Below, one piece after another: positions 50,116-59,724 of a DNA stretch of 64,000 bases. The position numbers and the translations under genes are program-made. Origin of the DNA: an uncultured Gemmatimonadaceae bacterium (GTDB lineage: Bacteria; Gemmatimonadota; Gemmatimonadetes; Gemmatimonadales; Gemmatimonadaceae); NCBI GenBank assembly GCA_963817955.1, contig CAWFQK010000007.1, positions 113,432 through 177,431 on the forward strand, read 5' to 3'. A model generated the notes under the pieces. That model saw nothing but the letters and a program-made list of their open reading frames with translations. It was not told the DNA's origin and ran no database searches. Positions within the stretch are counted from its first letter, which is position 1; each line of letters starts with the position of its first letter.

Positions 50116-50259
50116 GATCGAATATGCGGTCTGCATGACGGTCAGTGGCGCGCAGCGTGGTTGCGCGCCACTTTCGTTACGAGTGCTCTCCGAATGGGTG
50201 TTTCTCGAGCTGCCGCGACGACCCGCGGTCGGACACCCAAGACCCTACCTCTCGCCGTC

Positions 50260-51594
50260 ATGCGATCCCACACACTCGCTACCGTTCTCACCGTCCTCGC
50301 GCTCGCGTCCAGCGCCATGTCAGCGCAGGAAGCTAAAGGTTCTGGAACCATCGCGCTCCGCGCCGCGCGCGTTCTGGACGGCACCGGTACCGCCCCCATC
50401 GACAATGGCGTCGTCATCGTCACCGACGACAAGATCGTCGCCGTTGGCAAGCAGGGCGCGGTGACAATCCCAGCAGGTGCGCGAGTGATCGATCTTGGTG
50501 ATGCGACCCTGCTTCCAGGATTCGTCGATGCACACACGCACATCATCGGTCGTGAGTTGAACGACGCCCGAGCGGATGATGCCGCCGTGCGCGACTTCGA
50601 GAGTACCGGCGCGATTATCGGTGTCGCCAATGCCCAGAAGACACTGCTTGCTGGCTTCACGACCATTCGCAACGTTGGCGCGCCAAACTTCGACGACATG
50701 GCGCTTCGTAACGCGATCAGCCAAGGCTTCGTCATCGGCCCGCGCATGCAAAACGCCGGACACGCCATCGGCATCACCGGCGGCCACTGTGACGAGAATG
50801 GATTCAAGCCCGGTCTCATGGACGGCGATCCGCGGACTGGGATCGCCGATGGCGTGGACCAGGTGCGCGCGGCGGTGCGCTATCAGGCAAAGTACGGCGC
50901 CGACGTCATCAAGACCTGCGCGACCGGCGGTGTGCTCTCGGAAGGCGATGCCGTCGGCGTGCCGCAGTACACCTACGAAGAGCTCAAGGCGTTGGTCGAT
51001 GAAGCGACGAAGCTCGATCGAAAGGTCGCGGCACACGCCCACGGTACCGAGGGCATCAAGATCGCCGTGCGCGCCGACGTCGCTTCGATCGAGCACGGGT
51101 CATTCCTCGACGAGGAAGGTGCGAAGATGATGGCACAGCGCGGAACGTTCCTCGTGCCGACGCTCAGCGCAGGTGAGACCGTCGAGCTGGCCGCAAAGGC
51201 CGGTGTTCTCAAGGGCCTCAAAGCGCAGAAGGCGCTCGATGCTGCGGCCGCAATGCGCAATGGCGTGAAGATCGCCGTCCGCAACAACGTGCCGATCGCC
51301 CTTGGCACCGATGCCGGCGTCGGCGCGCATGGCACGAACGGCCGTGAGTTCGTGCTCATGGTCGAGTGGGGCGGCATGACGCCGATGCAGTCGATCGTTG
51401 CCGGTACGTCGAATGGCGCCAGGTTGCTCGGTTGGGAAAACCGGATCGGATCGCTCACCGCCGGCAAGCTCGCTGACATCGTTGCTGTCCCAGGCAATCC
51501 GCTCAAGGATATCCATGTCATGGAGCGACCGAGCTTCGTGATGAAGAACGGCTATGTGTACAAGAGCCAAACGGTGACGACCGTGTTGCCGTAG
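50260..51594 (+). CDS. Exported amidohydrolase family protein (Xaa-Pro dipeptidase-like)
   Basis: Signal peptide, PGFVDAHTH, AHAHG, SIEHG, GTDAG and GKLAD. Confidence 0.9.
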   Translation: MRSHTLATVLTVLALASSAMSAQEAKGSGTIALRAARVLDGTGTAPIDNGVVIVTDDKIVAVGKQGAVTIPAGARVIDLGDATLLPGFVDAHTHIIGRELNDARADDAAVRDFESTGAIIGVANAQKTLLAGFTTIRNVGAPNFDDMALRNAISQGFVIGPRMQNAGHAIGITGGHCDENGFKPGLMDGDPRTGIADGVDQVRAAVRYQAKYGADVIKTCATGGVLSEGDAVGVPQYTYEELKALVDEATKLDRKVAAHAHGTEGIKIAVRADVASIEHGSFLDEEGAKMMAQRGTFLVPTLSAGETVELAAKAGVLKGLKAQKALDAAAAMRNGVKIAVRNNVPIALGTDAGVGAHGTNGREFVLMVEWGGMTPMQSIVAGTSNGARLLGWENRIGSLTAGKLADIVAVPGNPLKDIHVMERPSFVMKNGYVYKSQTVTTVLP

Positions 51595-51749
51595 GCGAGG
51601 GGCATTGAATAGCGACTCCGGCTTTCGCGCAACACGTCCGGGCTCGTTTCGATCGCCAGACGATTGGGCATTGTGAAGCGCCTGTCGGGTCGTCAGTTTG
51701 TCGGCGAACAGGCCCGCCACCGCAACACTCACGCTCAAACCATACCGCG

Positions 51750-53069
51750 TTGCCACGCTCCACTTCCCACGCTTCGTCGCGTGCTCACATTGCGGACCAC
51801 GCCACGGCTCACACGCCTTGGTTCCGCCGCGCCATGCCGTGGTGGGCGATGCTCGCCACTTTCCTGGTGCTCGTCACTGCGGCCTTTGCCGTGGAGCCGC
51901 TGCGCGACCCCGCCACGCTCGAGACAATCGGTGAGGCGCGGCTGGAGCTGTCCGCCGCCTATTTGTCGATCGCTCCGTTCTCCAATGTATTGGACACGCT
52001 GACGCTGCTTGCCGTCGGACAGCATATTGCCCTTCTGCTCTGGGTGATTGGGCTGTTCGCGGTCGTGCGCGTGCTGCGCGCCCGCTGGCGGACAACATCC
52101 GTGCGTCGCGAAGCGATTGCCTCCATCGCACTCCTCGGCGGCATCGTGCTCGTCTACGCCGTCATGGCGCTGGCGGCGCGCCCTATGGCGCAGCTGGTCA
52201 CCGCCGACCAGACCGTACTCGTCATCGATTTCCACGCGCACACCCAGTACTCGCACGACGGGCGCCCTGGCTGGACAGAGAACGACGTCCGCGCCTGGCA
52301 CCACGGCGCAGGATTCGATGTCGCCTATATCACGGATCACGCGACATTTGAGGGGGCCGAGCGCGGCATTGCCTCCAATCCGGGGCAGGCGGGGGAGGGG
52401 ACAATGCTCCTCCAGGGAATCGAAGTCATGTGGCGCGGCGAGCATGTGAACGTGCTGAGCGCCGGGCGCCATTATCGCGGCCTCACCACGCCCAACCTCA
52501 AGGACATGGACGAGCAATCGCTCGCCCTGGCGAGCTTCCTCCCGCAGACATCGCCGATCGTCGTCCTGACGGTGCCTGGCGATCTGTCCAAGGTGCCGGC
52601 GAGCAACGTGCCAGGTGCGCCAACGGTGCGAGCGATCGAGATCGTGGACGGCAGCCCGCGTGGACTCTCGCAGGGACGTCGCGATCGCGCACTCATCGTG
52701 CAGCTCGCCGACAGCTTCAACCTGGCGCTCGTCACTGGCTCGGATAACCACGGCTATGGCCGCGCCGCACCGGGATGGACACTCATGCGCATTCCTGGGT
52801 GGCGGGGCATGACGACCGACTCGTTGGCGCGCCGCATCGAGGGCATCCTGCGCGCCGGCGGACGCACCGCCACGCGCACGGTCGAGCGTCGCGTGGCTGG
52901 AGGCGCGAATCCGATCGCACTCGCCTTCACGCTGCCCGTCGTCACATGGCGGATGTTCACCACGATCGATGCCGACGAGCGCATGATGTGGCTGGTGTGG
53001 GCGTGGGGACTGGTGTTCGTGATGCGCGGTCTGCGCCGCTGGCGCGTGCGGCGGTCCGCCACGACGTGA
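51750..53069 (+). CDS. Membrane-anchored PHP-domain phosphoesterase-like protein
   Basis: N-terminal TM helices, DFHAHTQYSHDG, ITDH and GSDNH. Start uncertain. Confidence 0.75.
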   Translation: MPRSTSHASSRAHIADHATAHTPWFRRAMPWWAMLATFLVLVTAAFAVEPLRDPATLETIGEARLELSAAYLSIAPFSNVLDTLTLLAVGQHIALLLWVIGLFAVVRVLRARWRTTSVRREAIASIALLGGIVLVYAVMALAARPMAQLVTADQTVLVIDFHAHTQYSHDGRPGWTENDVRAWHHGAGFDVAYITDHATFEGAERGIASNPGQAGEGTMLLQGIEVMWRGEHVNVLSAGRHYRGLTTPNLKDMDEQSLALASFLPQTSPIVVLTVPGDLSKVPASNVPGAPTVRAIEIVDGSPRGLSQGRRDRALIVQLADSFNLALVTGSDNHGYGRAAPGWTLMRIPGWRGMTTDSLARRIEGILRAGGRTATRTVERRVAGGANPIALAFTLPVVTWRMFTTIDADERMMWLVWAWGLVFVMRGLRRWRVRRSATT

Positions 53070-54601
53070 GCCGCGACTGGAGGTACGCACTATTCGTCGT
53101 CAGCGTGGCGGCGGCTCTCCGGCTCGTTTTTGCCGCGCTCATTCCGGCGTTTCCAGACGAGACGTATTACTGGGAATGGTCGCGCCATCTCGCGGCCGGC
53201 TACTTCGATCATCCGCCGGGTCTCGCGCTGCTCATCCGCGCCGGAGGAGTGCTGCTCGCCCCCTTCGGGGTGAGCACGACACCATTGGGTATCCGCCTCG
53301 GACCCGTGTTTGCCGGATTCATAGCCGCGCTGGCGACGATCGCCATCGCGCGGCGTCTCGCCGGTGACGCGGCCGCCCTGCGCGCCGCCATTCTCATCTC
53401 TGTGCTGCCGCTCGCCGCGGCGGGGCTCATTCTCGCCACGCCGGACGCGCCGGTGCTCGCCACTACGGCGCTCGGACTCTATGGTGTGACTCGCGCACTG
53501 GAGAGCGAGGCCCACTCCGCGCGGTCTCTGCGCTGGTGGGCTGTGACTGGTGTCGCGCTCGGCCTGGCGTTCTCGTCGAAGTACACGTCCATCTTTCTGC
53601 CGGTGTCGGTGTTCATCGCGATCGCGATGCGCCCGTCCCTCCGCACGCGTCTGCTCGAGCCAGGGCCGTACATCGCGTGTCTCATCGCGACCGTCGTGTT
53701 CCTTCCCGTGCTGCTCTGGAACGCGCACCACGACTGGATCTCATTCGTCTTCCAGTTACGCCATGGCTTGTCCGCGCCCCAGGGCTCGGCGGTCATCGCG
53801 GCATGGAAGCACGAGGGCGATCTGTTCGGCGGGCAGGCGGGCCTCGCGTCGCCCATCTTGTTCGTGATGCTTGCAGTCGCCGTGTGGCGCGCGCTGCGCC
53901 GGCCGGCGAACGACCGGGAGTTCGTTCTGGCCATGGTCGCCACGCTCTCGTTCGGCTTCTTCGTCTACAGTGCCATTCGTCAGCGCGTGGAGCCGAATTG
54001 GCCTTCCCCGGCATATGTTCCCGCCATCACACTCCTTGCCATTGCGGATTGGCAGCGCCGCGGAGAACGATGGTTGAAAGCCGGCGTCATCGTCGCGGCT
54101 GCGATGTCAATTCTCATATACGCGCAGGGTGTTGCACCAATCCTGCCGCTCGCCCCGCGCAGAGACCCCATCGCCCGTGCCTTTGGCTGGAACGAACTCG
54201 CCCACGCTGCCGACAGCGTTGCTCGTGCCACGCGAGTTCGGCCACCACCCGACAGCCACCAGCCACCAGCTACCTGGTTCGCGGGCGACCGCTATCAGGA
54301 AGCCTCGGAGCTCGCCTTTCACTTGCCGTCGCACCCATCGACATTCGCCACCAACCTCTCCGGCCGTGTCAATCAGTACGATCTCTGGCCGGGGTTCCCC
54401 CAGTCCGCCCGCCTGGGGGATGATCTCGTGATCGTGGTAGACGACGGCGACGACATGCACCAGGCGGTGAAGGCGCTGGCGCCGTATTTTGGCGGCGTGC
54501 GACGGAGCGTGCTGGTGCGGCTTACACGCGGCTCTGGGGAAATCGGCACCCGGCGTATCTGGGTGCTCAACGGCTGGCACGGTGGCTGGCCGCGCCACTG
54601 A
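53066..54601 (+). CDS. ArnT/GT39-like membrane glycosyltransferase
   Basis: DETYYWEWSRHLAAGYFDHPP, TPDAP, SKYT and PVLLWN; GTGA overlap with the upstream gene. Confidence 0.88.
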   Translation: MSRDWRYALFVVSVAAALRLVFAALIPAFPDETYYWEWSRHLAAGYFDHPPGLALLIRAGGVLLAPFGVSTTPLGIRLGPVFAGFIAALATIAIARRLAGDAAALRAAILISVLPLAAAGLILATPDAPVLATTALGLYGVTRALESEAHSARSLRWWAVTGVALGLAFSSKYTSIFLPVSVFIAIAMRPSLRTRLLEPGPYIACLIATVVFLPVLLWNAHHDWISFVFQLRHGLSAPQGSAVIAAWKHEGDLFGGQAGLASPILFVMLAVAVWRALRRPANDREFVLAMVATLSFGFFVYSAIRQRVEPNWPSPAYVPAITLLAIADWQRRGERWLKAGVIVAAAMSILIYAQGVAPILPLAPRRDPIARAFGWNELAHAADSVARATRVRPPPDSHQPPATWFAGDRYQEASELAFHLPSHPSTFATNLSGRVNQYDLWPGFPQSARLGDDLVIVVDDGDDMHQAVKALAPYFGGVRRSVLVRLTRGSGEIGTRRIWVLNGWHGGWPRH

Positions 54602-54609
54602 GCGCGGGC

Positions 54610-55128
54610 TCAGCGCACGTTCGTTGCCCGCTGCTTGGCGCGATGTCCGGCGCGAACGCCGTCGAGCAGCTTGAGCAGTTGGCGCTGCTCGGTGTCCGAG
54701 AGAGTGCCAACCGCCACTTCGTCAGCTTCGCGCATCTCGACGTCGAGCCGCTCCAAGATCTGCAATCCCTGCTCGGTAATGTAGCAGAACACTTGGCGTC
54801 GATCGGGTGACGACCGATCGCGGCGTGCGAAGCCGGCCTTCTCGAGCTTGTCGAGCAGCCGCGTGATGCCAGGCGTCGCGTGAATCATCCGGTCGCGAAT
54901 GACGAGGGTCGGCAATCCCTCCTCACCGCCCCCGCGGAGAATGCGCAGCACGTTGTACTGCTGCACGGTGACGCCGGTGCGTGATACGACTTGAGCAAAG
55001 TAGCGTTCGATGAGCGCCGCGGTGCGTAGGATGCTCACTGCCACCTCTGCACTCGCCGAATGGAACGGGAGACGCTGGACGATCTCCGCCTGTAGATCGG
55101 CGTTGTTGACAGGGGACGGACGGGTCAC
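54610..55128 (-). CDS. MarR family transcriptional regulator
   Basis: QQYNVLRILRG, ITRLLDKLE and DRRQV..IT. Confidence 0.9.
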   Translation of the reverse strand: MTRPSPVNNADLQAEIVQRLPFHSASAEVAVSILRTAALIERYFAQVVSRTGVTVQQYNVLRILRGGGEEGLPTLVIRDRMIHATPGITRLLDKLEKAGFARRDRSSPDRRQVFCYITEQGLQILERLDVEMREADEVAVGTLSDTEQRQLLKLLDGVRAGHRAKQRATNVR

Positions 55129-55290
55129 CGCAAGTCTCCCGTGCTCGTGTCGTTGTGCCGCATTGTTGCGTCCTCGGTCCGTTTGGTGCGTGCCTCATGA
55201 TAGACGTTTGCCGCGGAGGACGCGAGCCGCCATTGTTACAGGGCAGGGCCGTCCGAGACGAGGGTTGAATGACCTTCACCGATGGTAGTC

Positions 55291-55920
55291 ATGACGACGC
55301 GCTTTCGTCCGCCACAGCAGCACCGTAGTCAGGAGACGCTGGATCGGATATTGGATGCAGCCGAGCACGTTCTCGATGAGAAGAGCTTCAGCGAAGCCAC
55401 CCTCGTCGAGATCATGGAACGCGCTGGTGTGACCGTCGGCGCGTTCTATCGCCGATTTCCAGACAAGGACGCGCTGCTCCACCTGATGGACGAGCGCTTT
55501 TTTGCCGAGCTCTATGCTCGTGGCGACGCCATCCTCGAACCCGTGCGCTGGACTGGCGCCCCGATCACCCCGATCGTCGAAGCCCTCGTCTCGGAGGCGC
55601 ACACGATCTACCGCGCACGCCGCGGCCTGCTGCGAGCTCTCTTCTTTCGTGCCCGTCTCGACCCCGTGATTCAGGAATCCGCCCGGCAGGTGAACGCGCA
55701 CCTGATCGAACGTCTCGTAGACTTACTCATGCCGCGTGCTGCCGAGATTACTCATCCCAACCCGCGCGCGGCGATCGAAATCGGCTTGATGGTGCTGATT
55801 GGCGCACTGCGCGAAGCGACGGCCTTTGGCGAAGTGTGGCCGAGCCCTAACGCCGCCGACACCGCCGACCTCCCGCGTGAGCTCACGCGCGTCTACCTCG
55901 GATACCTCGGGGTGCGATAG
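55291..55920 (+). CDS. TetR/AcrR family transcriptional regulator
   Basis: ILDAA..AGVTVGAFYRRFPDK helix-turn-helix. Alternative start at 55282. Confidence 0.9.
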   Translation: MTTRFRPPQQHRSQETLDRILDAAEHVLDEKSFSEATLVEIMERAGVTVGAFYRRFPDKDALLHLMDERFFAELYARGDAILEPVRWTGAPITPIVEALVSEAHTIYRARRGLLRALFFRARLDPVIQESARQVNAHLIERLVDLLMPRAAEITHPNPRAAIEIGLMVLIGALREATAFGEVWPSPNAADTADLPRELTRVYLGYLGVR

Positions 55921-55929
55921 GTTACCGGT

Positions 55930-57300
55930 ATGCCACTCGCACAAGACCTCGACGCCTTCTTTACGGCGAATCAGTCGCGCGCGCGCGACGAGCTGTTCGA
56001 CCTGCTGCGCATTCCGAGCGTGAGCGCGGCCTCAGACCATAACCCCGACACTGCGCGCGCCGCGGCGTGGATTGCCGACGCCATGCGGAAGATTGGCGTT
56101 ACCGCCTCGGTGCATCGCACCAAGGGTCATCCCATTGTGCTGGGCGAATGGCGCAAGGCCAAGCCGGGTGCGCAGACGGTGCTCGTCTACGGCCATTATG
56201 ACGTGCAACCCGCGGAGCCGTTGGACCTCTGGGATTCTCCCCCGTTCGAGCCGACGGTGCGTGACGGCCGCATCTATGCACGCGGCGCCGTGGATGACAA
56301 GGGACAGCTCCATCTGCACATCAAGGCGCTCGAAGCGCACCTGTCGACGCGCGGCGCGCTGCCCGTCAACATCATCCTCCTCGCCGAAGGCGAGGAGGAA
56401 GTGGGGAGCGAAAACCTGGTGGAGTTCATTGAGACGCACAAGGATCTGCTGAAGTGCGATGCGGTGGTGATTTCCGATTCGGCAATGTTCGCGCCCGGAT
56501 TGCCATCGATCTTGTCGTCGCTGCGTGGCATGGCGTATTTCCAGATCGACGTACAGGGGCCAGCCACCGACCTGCACTCAGGGAGCTATGGGGGAGCGGT
56601 AATGAATCCGGCGATGGCGCTGGCGCGGATCCTCGCCACCATGCATGACCCGAGCGGCCACATCGCGATCGCTGGTTTCTACGACAAAGTGCAAGACTGG
56701 GGCGACGCGGCGCGTGAAGAGATCCGCGGCCTGCCGTTCGACGAGGAGCACTTCCGCCAGGAGACCGGCTCGCCCGAGCTGTTTGGCGAGGCAGGCTATT
56801 CAACGCTCGAGCGTGTGTGGATGCGGCCGACTGTGGAAGTGAACGGTCTGTTGAGCGGCTACACCGGAGAGGGCGCGAAGACCGTGCTACCGGCGAAAGC
56901 GATGGCGAAGGTGAGCTGTCGTTTGGTGCCCGGCCAGACGCCAGAAGAGACGGAAGCGCTGTTGCGCGCGCACGTGGAGCGAGTGACGCCGAAGGGCGTG
57001 GAGGTGACGGTGCAGCATCTGCATGGCGGCCAGCCCTGGCGCGCCGATCTGACTGGTCCACTCTTCGACGCGGCACGCCGTGCCCTGGCGACAGCGTTCG
57101 ATCGCGATCCGGTCATGACCGGCGAGGGTGGCTCGATTCCGGTGGTCGGCGACTTCCAGAGAATACTCAATGCTCCGGTCTTGCTCGTTGGGTTTGGATT
57201 GCCCGGAGAGAACGCGCACGCGCCGAACGAGTGGATGAGCGAGGAGAATTACTTCAAGGGGATGCGGGCGATCGCCGCGCTGTGGGACGAGCTCGGGTAG
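55930..57300 (+). CDS. M20 family dipeptidase
   Basis: YGHYDVQP, RGAVDDKGQ, EGEEE, DLHSG, GGSIP and HAPNE. Confidence 0.92.
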   Translation: MPLAQDLDAFFTANQSRARDELFDLLRIPSVSAASDHNPDTARAAAWIADAMRKIGVTASVHRTKGHPIVLGEWRKAKPGAQTVLVYGHYDVQPAEPLDLWDSPPFEPTVRDGRIYARGAVDDKGQLHLHIKALEAHLSTRGALPVNIILLAEGEEEVGSENLVEFIETHKDLLKCDAVVISDSAMFAPGLPSILSSLRGMAYFQIDVQGPATDLHSGSYGGAVMNPAMALARILATMHDPSGHIAIAGFYDKVQDWGDAAREEIRGLPFDEEHFRQETGSPELFGEAGYSTLERVWMRPTVEVNGLLSGYTGEGAKTVLPAKAMAKVSCRLVPGQTPEETEALLRAHVERVTPKGVEVTVQHLHGGQPWRADLTGPLFDAARRALATAFDRDPVMTGEGGSIPVVGDFQRILNAPVLLVGFGLPGENAHAPNEWMSEENYFKGMRAIAALWDELG

Positions 57301-57324
57301 GCCTAGGGAACCTGAGCGCGTGAA

Positions 57325-57354
57325 GAAGAGGGCGGTCGAACGACCGCCCTCTTC
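57325..57354. terminator. Terminator hairpin between convergent genes
   Basis: GAAGAGGGCGGTCG-AA-CGACCGCCCTCTTC inverted repeat. Confidence 0.8.
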
Positions 57355-57378
57355 GTTGCCGCAGGACGAGGGACGGGA

Positions 57379-58440
57379 TCAGGTTGCGTTCAACTGATAG
57401 CAGTCTTGCCATTCGTCGAGTTCGACGAAGACACCGTTCTCCGTATAGAATCCTTCGTACCAGGTCGTGCACAAAAAGGACCCGCCGCTCGTGCCGTTGC
57501 TCGATCCATCGCCGAGGGTAGGCTCCGCCGCCAGCTCCTCCTTACAGTGTGAGACACACTCCGATGCGATATAGTCTGCTGCCGCCGCGGCGCTCGCCGC
57601 CGCCATGGCGTCGTTCAGAGCGGACTTGATGGACAAGCACGCAACTGGGTCAAAGTTGAGACACTGGGCCGAAAGGCCGGTCAAAATTGCGGTTTTGGCA
57701 GCGGCATCGGAAGCGGCCGCCGTTGCGGCCTTGATGAACGCGGTGCAAGGGCCGATATCAGGATCGTCACACGCAGCCGCAGGACGTATGACTTCCGCGT
57801 GCAACGCATTGGGCTCGAGTATTGACCGGATCATCCCCAGCGCCGCATCCCCTTCCCGGCGCAGCGTCTCACCGATTGACGCCGTCCTCGTACTCGACTG
57901 GAAGCGCACTTCCGAGTGCTCCCGGCCATTTGCGTCGAAAAACACTTCTCGTCCGCCGGTCACGTGCCATTGGCCGCCCGACTTGGAATAGGTTGGGAAG
58001 AACGCGATGGTGGGTCTGCCGTCCGTGAAATGAAAGAACCTACTCGGGGGCTTCCCGTTCCCGTTCTCGTCCTCGACGAAGACGATGTTCGTTGCGGGGC
58101 CGCCGCCGGACGGCTTGCCGTGCGCGACGCGGTACTTCAGGGTGGCATGCGTCTTTGGCGAGGCTCCCGCGCCCATGTCGCTCGTCGATCTCGCCGGCCC
58201 CTGCTGAAGCCGGGTGAAATCGCCAGACCCCCCGCCCGTCGACGGCGTCCATTGAAACGCGGATGTCTTGTCGAACATCACGAAGCCCGGTCGTGACATG
58301 ACTCCTGCGATTGCCGCCGACGTTGCTGCGTCGGTTGGTGCCGTTGCCTCGCGCGACTCCTGACAGGCCACGAGTAAGGCGGTTGCCGCGATCGCGGTCA
58401 GCGCCAGCGTGGGACGACCTAGCCAGATCTTGCTGTCCAT
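57379..58440 (-). CDS. Hypothetical lipoprotein with Cys-rich, Ala-rich C-terminal domain
   Basis: GAGAGGTG RBS, lipobox LVAC and 8 Cys in the last ~130 aa. Confidence 0.75.
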   Translation of the reverse strand: MDSKIWLGRPTLALTAIAATALLVACQESREATAPTDAATSAAIAGVMSRPGFVMFDKTSAFQWTPSTGGGSGDFTRLQQGPARSTSDMGAGASPKTHATLKYRVAHGKPSGGGPATNIVFVEDENGNGKPPSRFFHFTDGRPTIAFFPTYSKSGGQWHVTGGREVFFDANGREHSEVRFQSSTRTASIGETLRREGDAALGMIRSILEPNALHAEVIRPAAACDDPDIGPCTAFIKAATAAASDAAAKTAILTGLSAQCLNFDPVACLSIKSALNDAMAAASAAAAADYIASECVSHCKEELAAEPTLGDGSSNGTSGGSFLCTTWYEGFYTENGVFVELDEWQDCYQLNAT

Positions 58441-58591
58441 GTTCACCTCTCTCACGGGTTGGACATGCCCCGGGTATCTCTCGCGTTGAGGGCGAGCTCC
58501 GTGGCGTGTGCCCTATGCTAGAGCTGTGAGAATGAGGTTCCCCCACCGTTTTGTCGCACGCGAAATCACTGCGTGTCGACGCCGTGCCGCG

Positions 58592-59620
58592 CTATTTCAC
58601 GAAGCGCGTCTTCGACTTGTCTAATTGATCCAACGTCTTCGCGATATCGTTTCCGATCGCTTCGATTCGCGTGATGTGGTGCGGATCGAAGCTCGGATCG
58701 TACGGGCTCTTCGCTGGTCCGCCTGACACCTCGAGCACCGCGTCGAACTTGTATGGGTGTGCCTGGCCGGTCTTCGGATCGGTCCAAGAGCCCTGCCACG
58801 CCAACTGCTTGTTCTTGGGCCACAGCCCGTAGGGCAACGCCAGCGTGCGGATCTTGTAGCCCGGCACCGCCGAGTCGATTGCCATCGCGTTGCGTGCGAT
58901 CTGCTCCTGGACCGCAGCGTCGGGATACTTGTTCAGCATCATGTGCCAAACGGTGTGGTCGCAGAGCTCAAAGCCCTGGTCGGCCAGCCACTTCACTTTC
59001 TGGAAGCGCCACTCCTTCCGCTGGCCGCCGTACTTCGGGTTGTCGCCGAAGAAGTTGTGACCCGCTGCGGCTCCGTTCAGCATGCAGAAGGTGCCGCGAT
59101 TCTTCCATCCAGGATGAGTCTTCGCGAAATCCTGCCAAATGCCGACTGCCGAGTTGGGGTCGATCGTGAGTTGGCCGTTCGCCCCTTGGATGTAGCTGAA
59201 TTGCGACGGCGAGGCGTCGTCGAACACGAACACGACCGGCGACATCCCCGCCGGCACGTCGCTGAAGTTCTTGTCCAGCATCTGGGCAATCGTGATCGGC
59301 CGATATCCGCGCTTGTACGCGTCCTCAATGTCGGCCTTGAAGCTCGCCACCGTGCGCGTGTACAACTCATTCTGCGGTCCGCCAATCACGTGGTACTCGA
59401 GCACGGGAATCTTGCCGTCATGGTTCGCCGGCAGGCCGCCACCCTGCTGGCCGCTCATCCCGCCGGCCGACGCCACCGCGCCCCCTGCCGAGTCGGCGGT
59501 CCTGCCCGCCGCCGGCAAATTGTCACCCCGGCCCGCCCGCGCGGACCTCGAGTCGCCGCACGCCGCCAGAAGTGCGACGAGCGTCACAGATACCATTGCA
59601 CGGAACGACATGGATTCCAC
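58592..59620 (-). CDS. Polysaccharide deacetylase (CE4/NodB-like) lipoprotein
   Basis: Lipobox LAAC, IPVLEYH, VFDD, DHTVWH and ALPYG. Confidence 0.82.
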   Translation of the reverse strand: MESMSFRAMVSVTLVALLAACGDSRSARAGRGDNLPAAGRTADSAGGAVASAGGMSGQQGGGLPANHDGKIPVLEYHVIGGPQNELYTRTVASFKADIEDAYKRGYRPITIAQMLDKNFSDVPAGMSPVVFVFDDASPSQFSYIQGANGQLTIDPNSAVGIWQDFAKTHPGWKNRGTFCMLNGAAAGHNFFGDNPKYGGQRKEWRFQKVKWLADQGFELCDHTVWHMMLNKYPDAAVQEQIARNAMAIDSAVPGYKIRTLALPYGLWPKNKQLAWQGSWTDPKTGQAHPYKFDAVLEVSGGPAKSPYDPSFDPHHITRIEAIGNDIAKTLDQLDKSKTRFVK

Positions 59621-59724
59621 TGGAGTAGGATCGTAAACGATATAGGCCGTCGCTCAATCCAACGGCCAGAAACCTGCGAAGCGAAGAGCGTACCAGTCGC
59701 GAGCTCCATCACCAGCGGATCTGC

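Noticed and set aside
55263..55280. TetR operator (TGAA-N5-TTCA)
   Set aside because: The inverted repeat is too short and single-copy to distinguish from chance.
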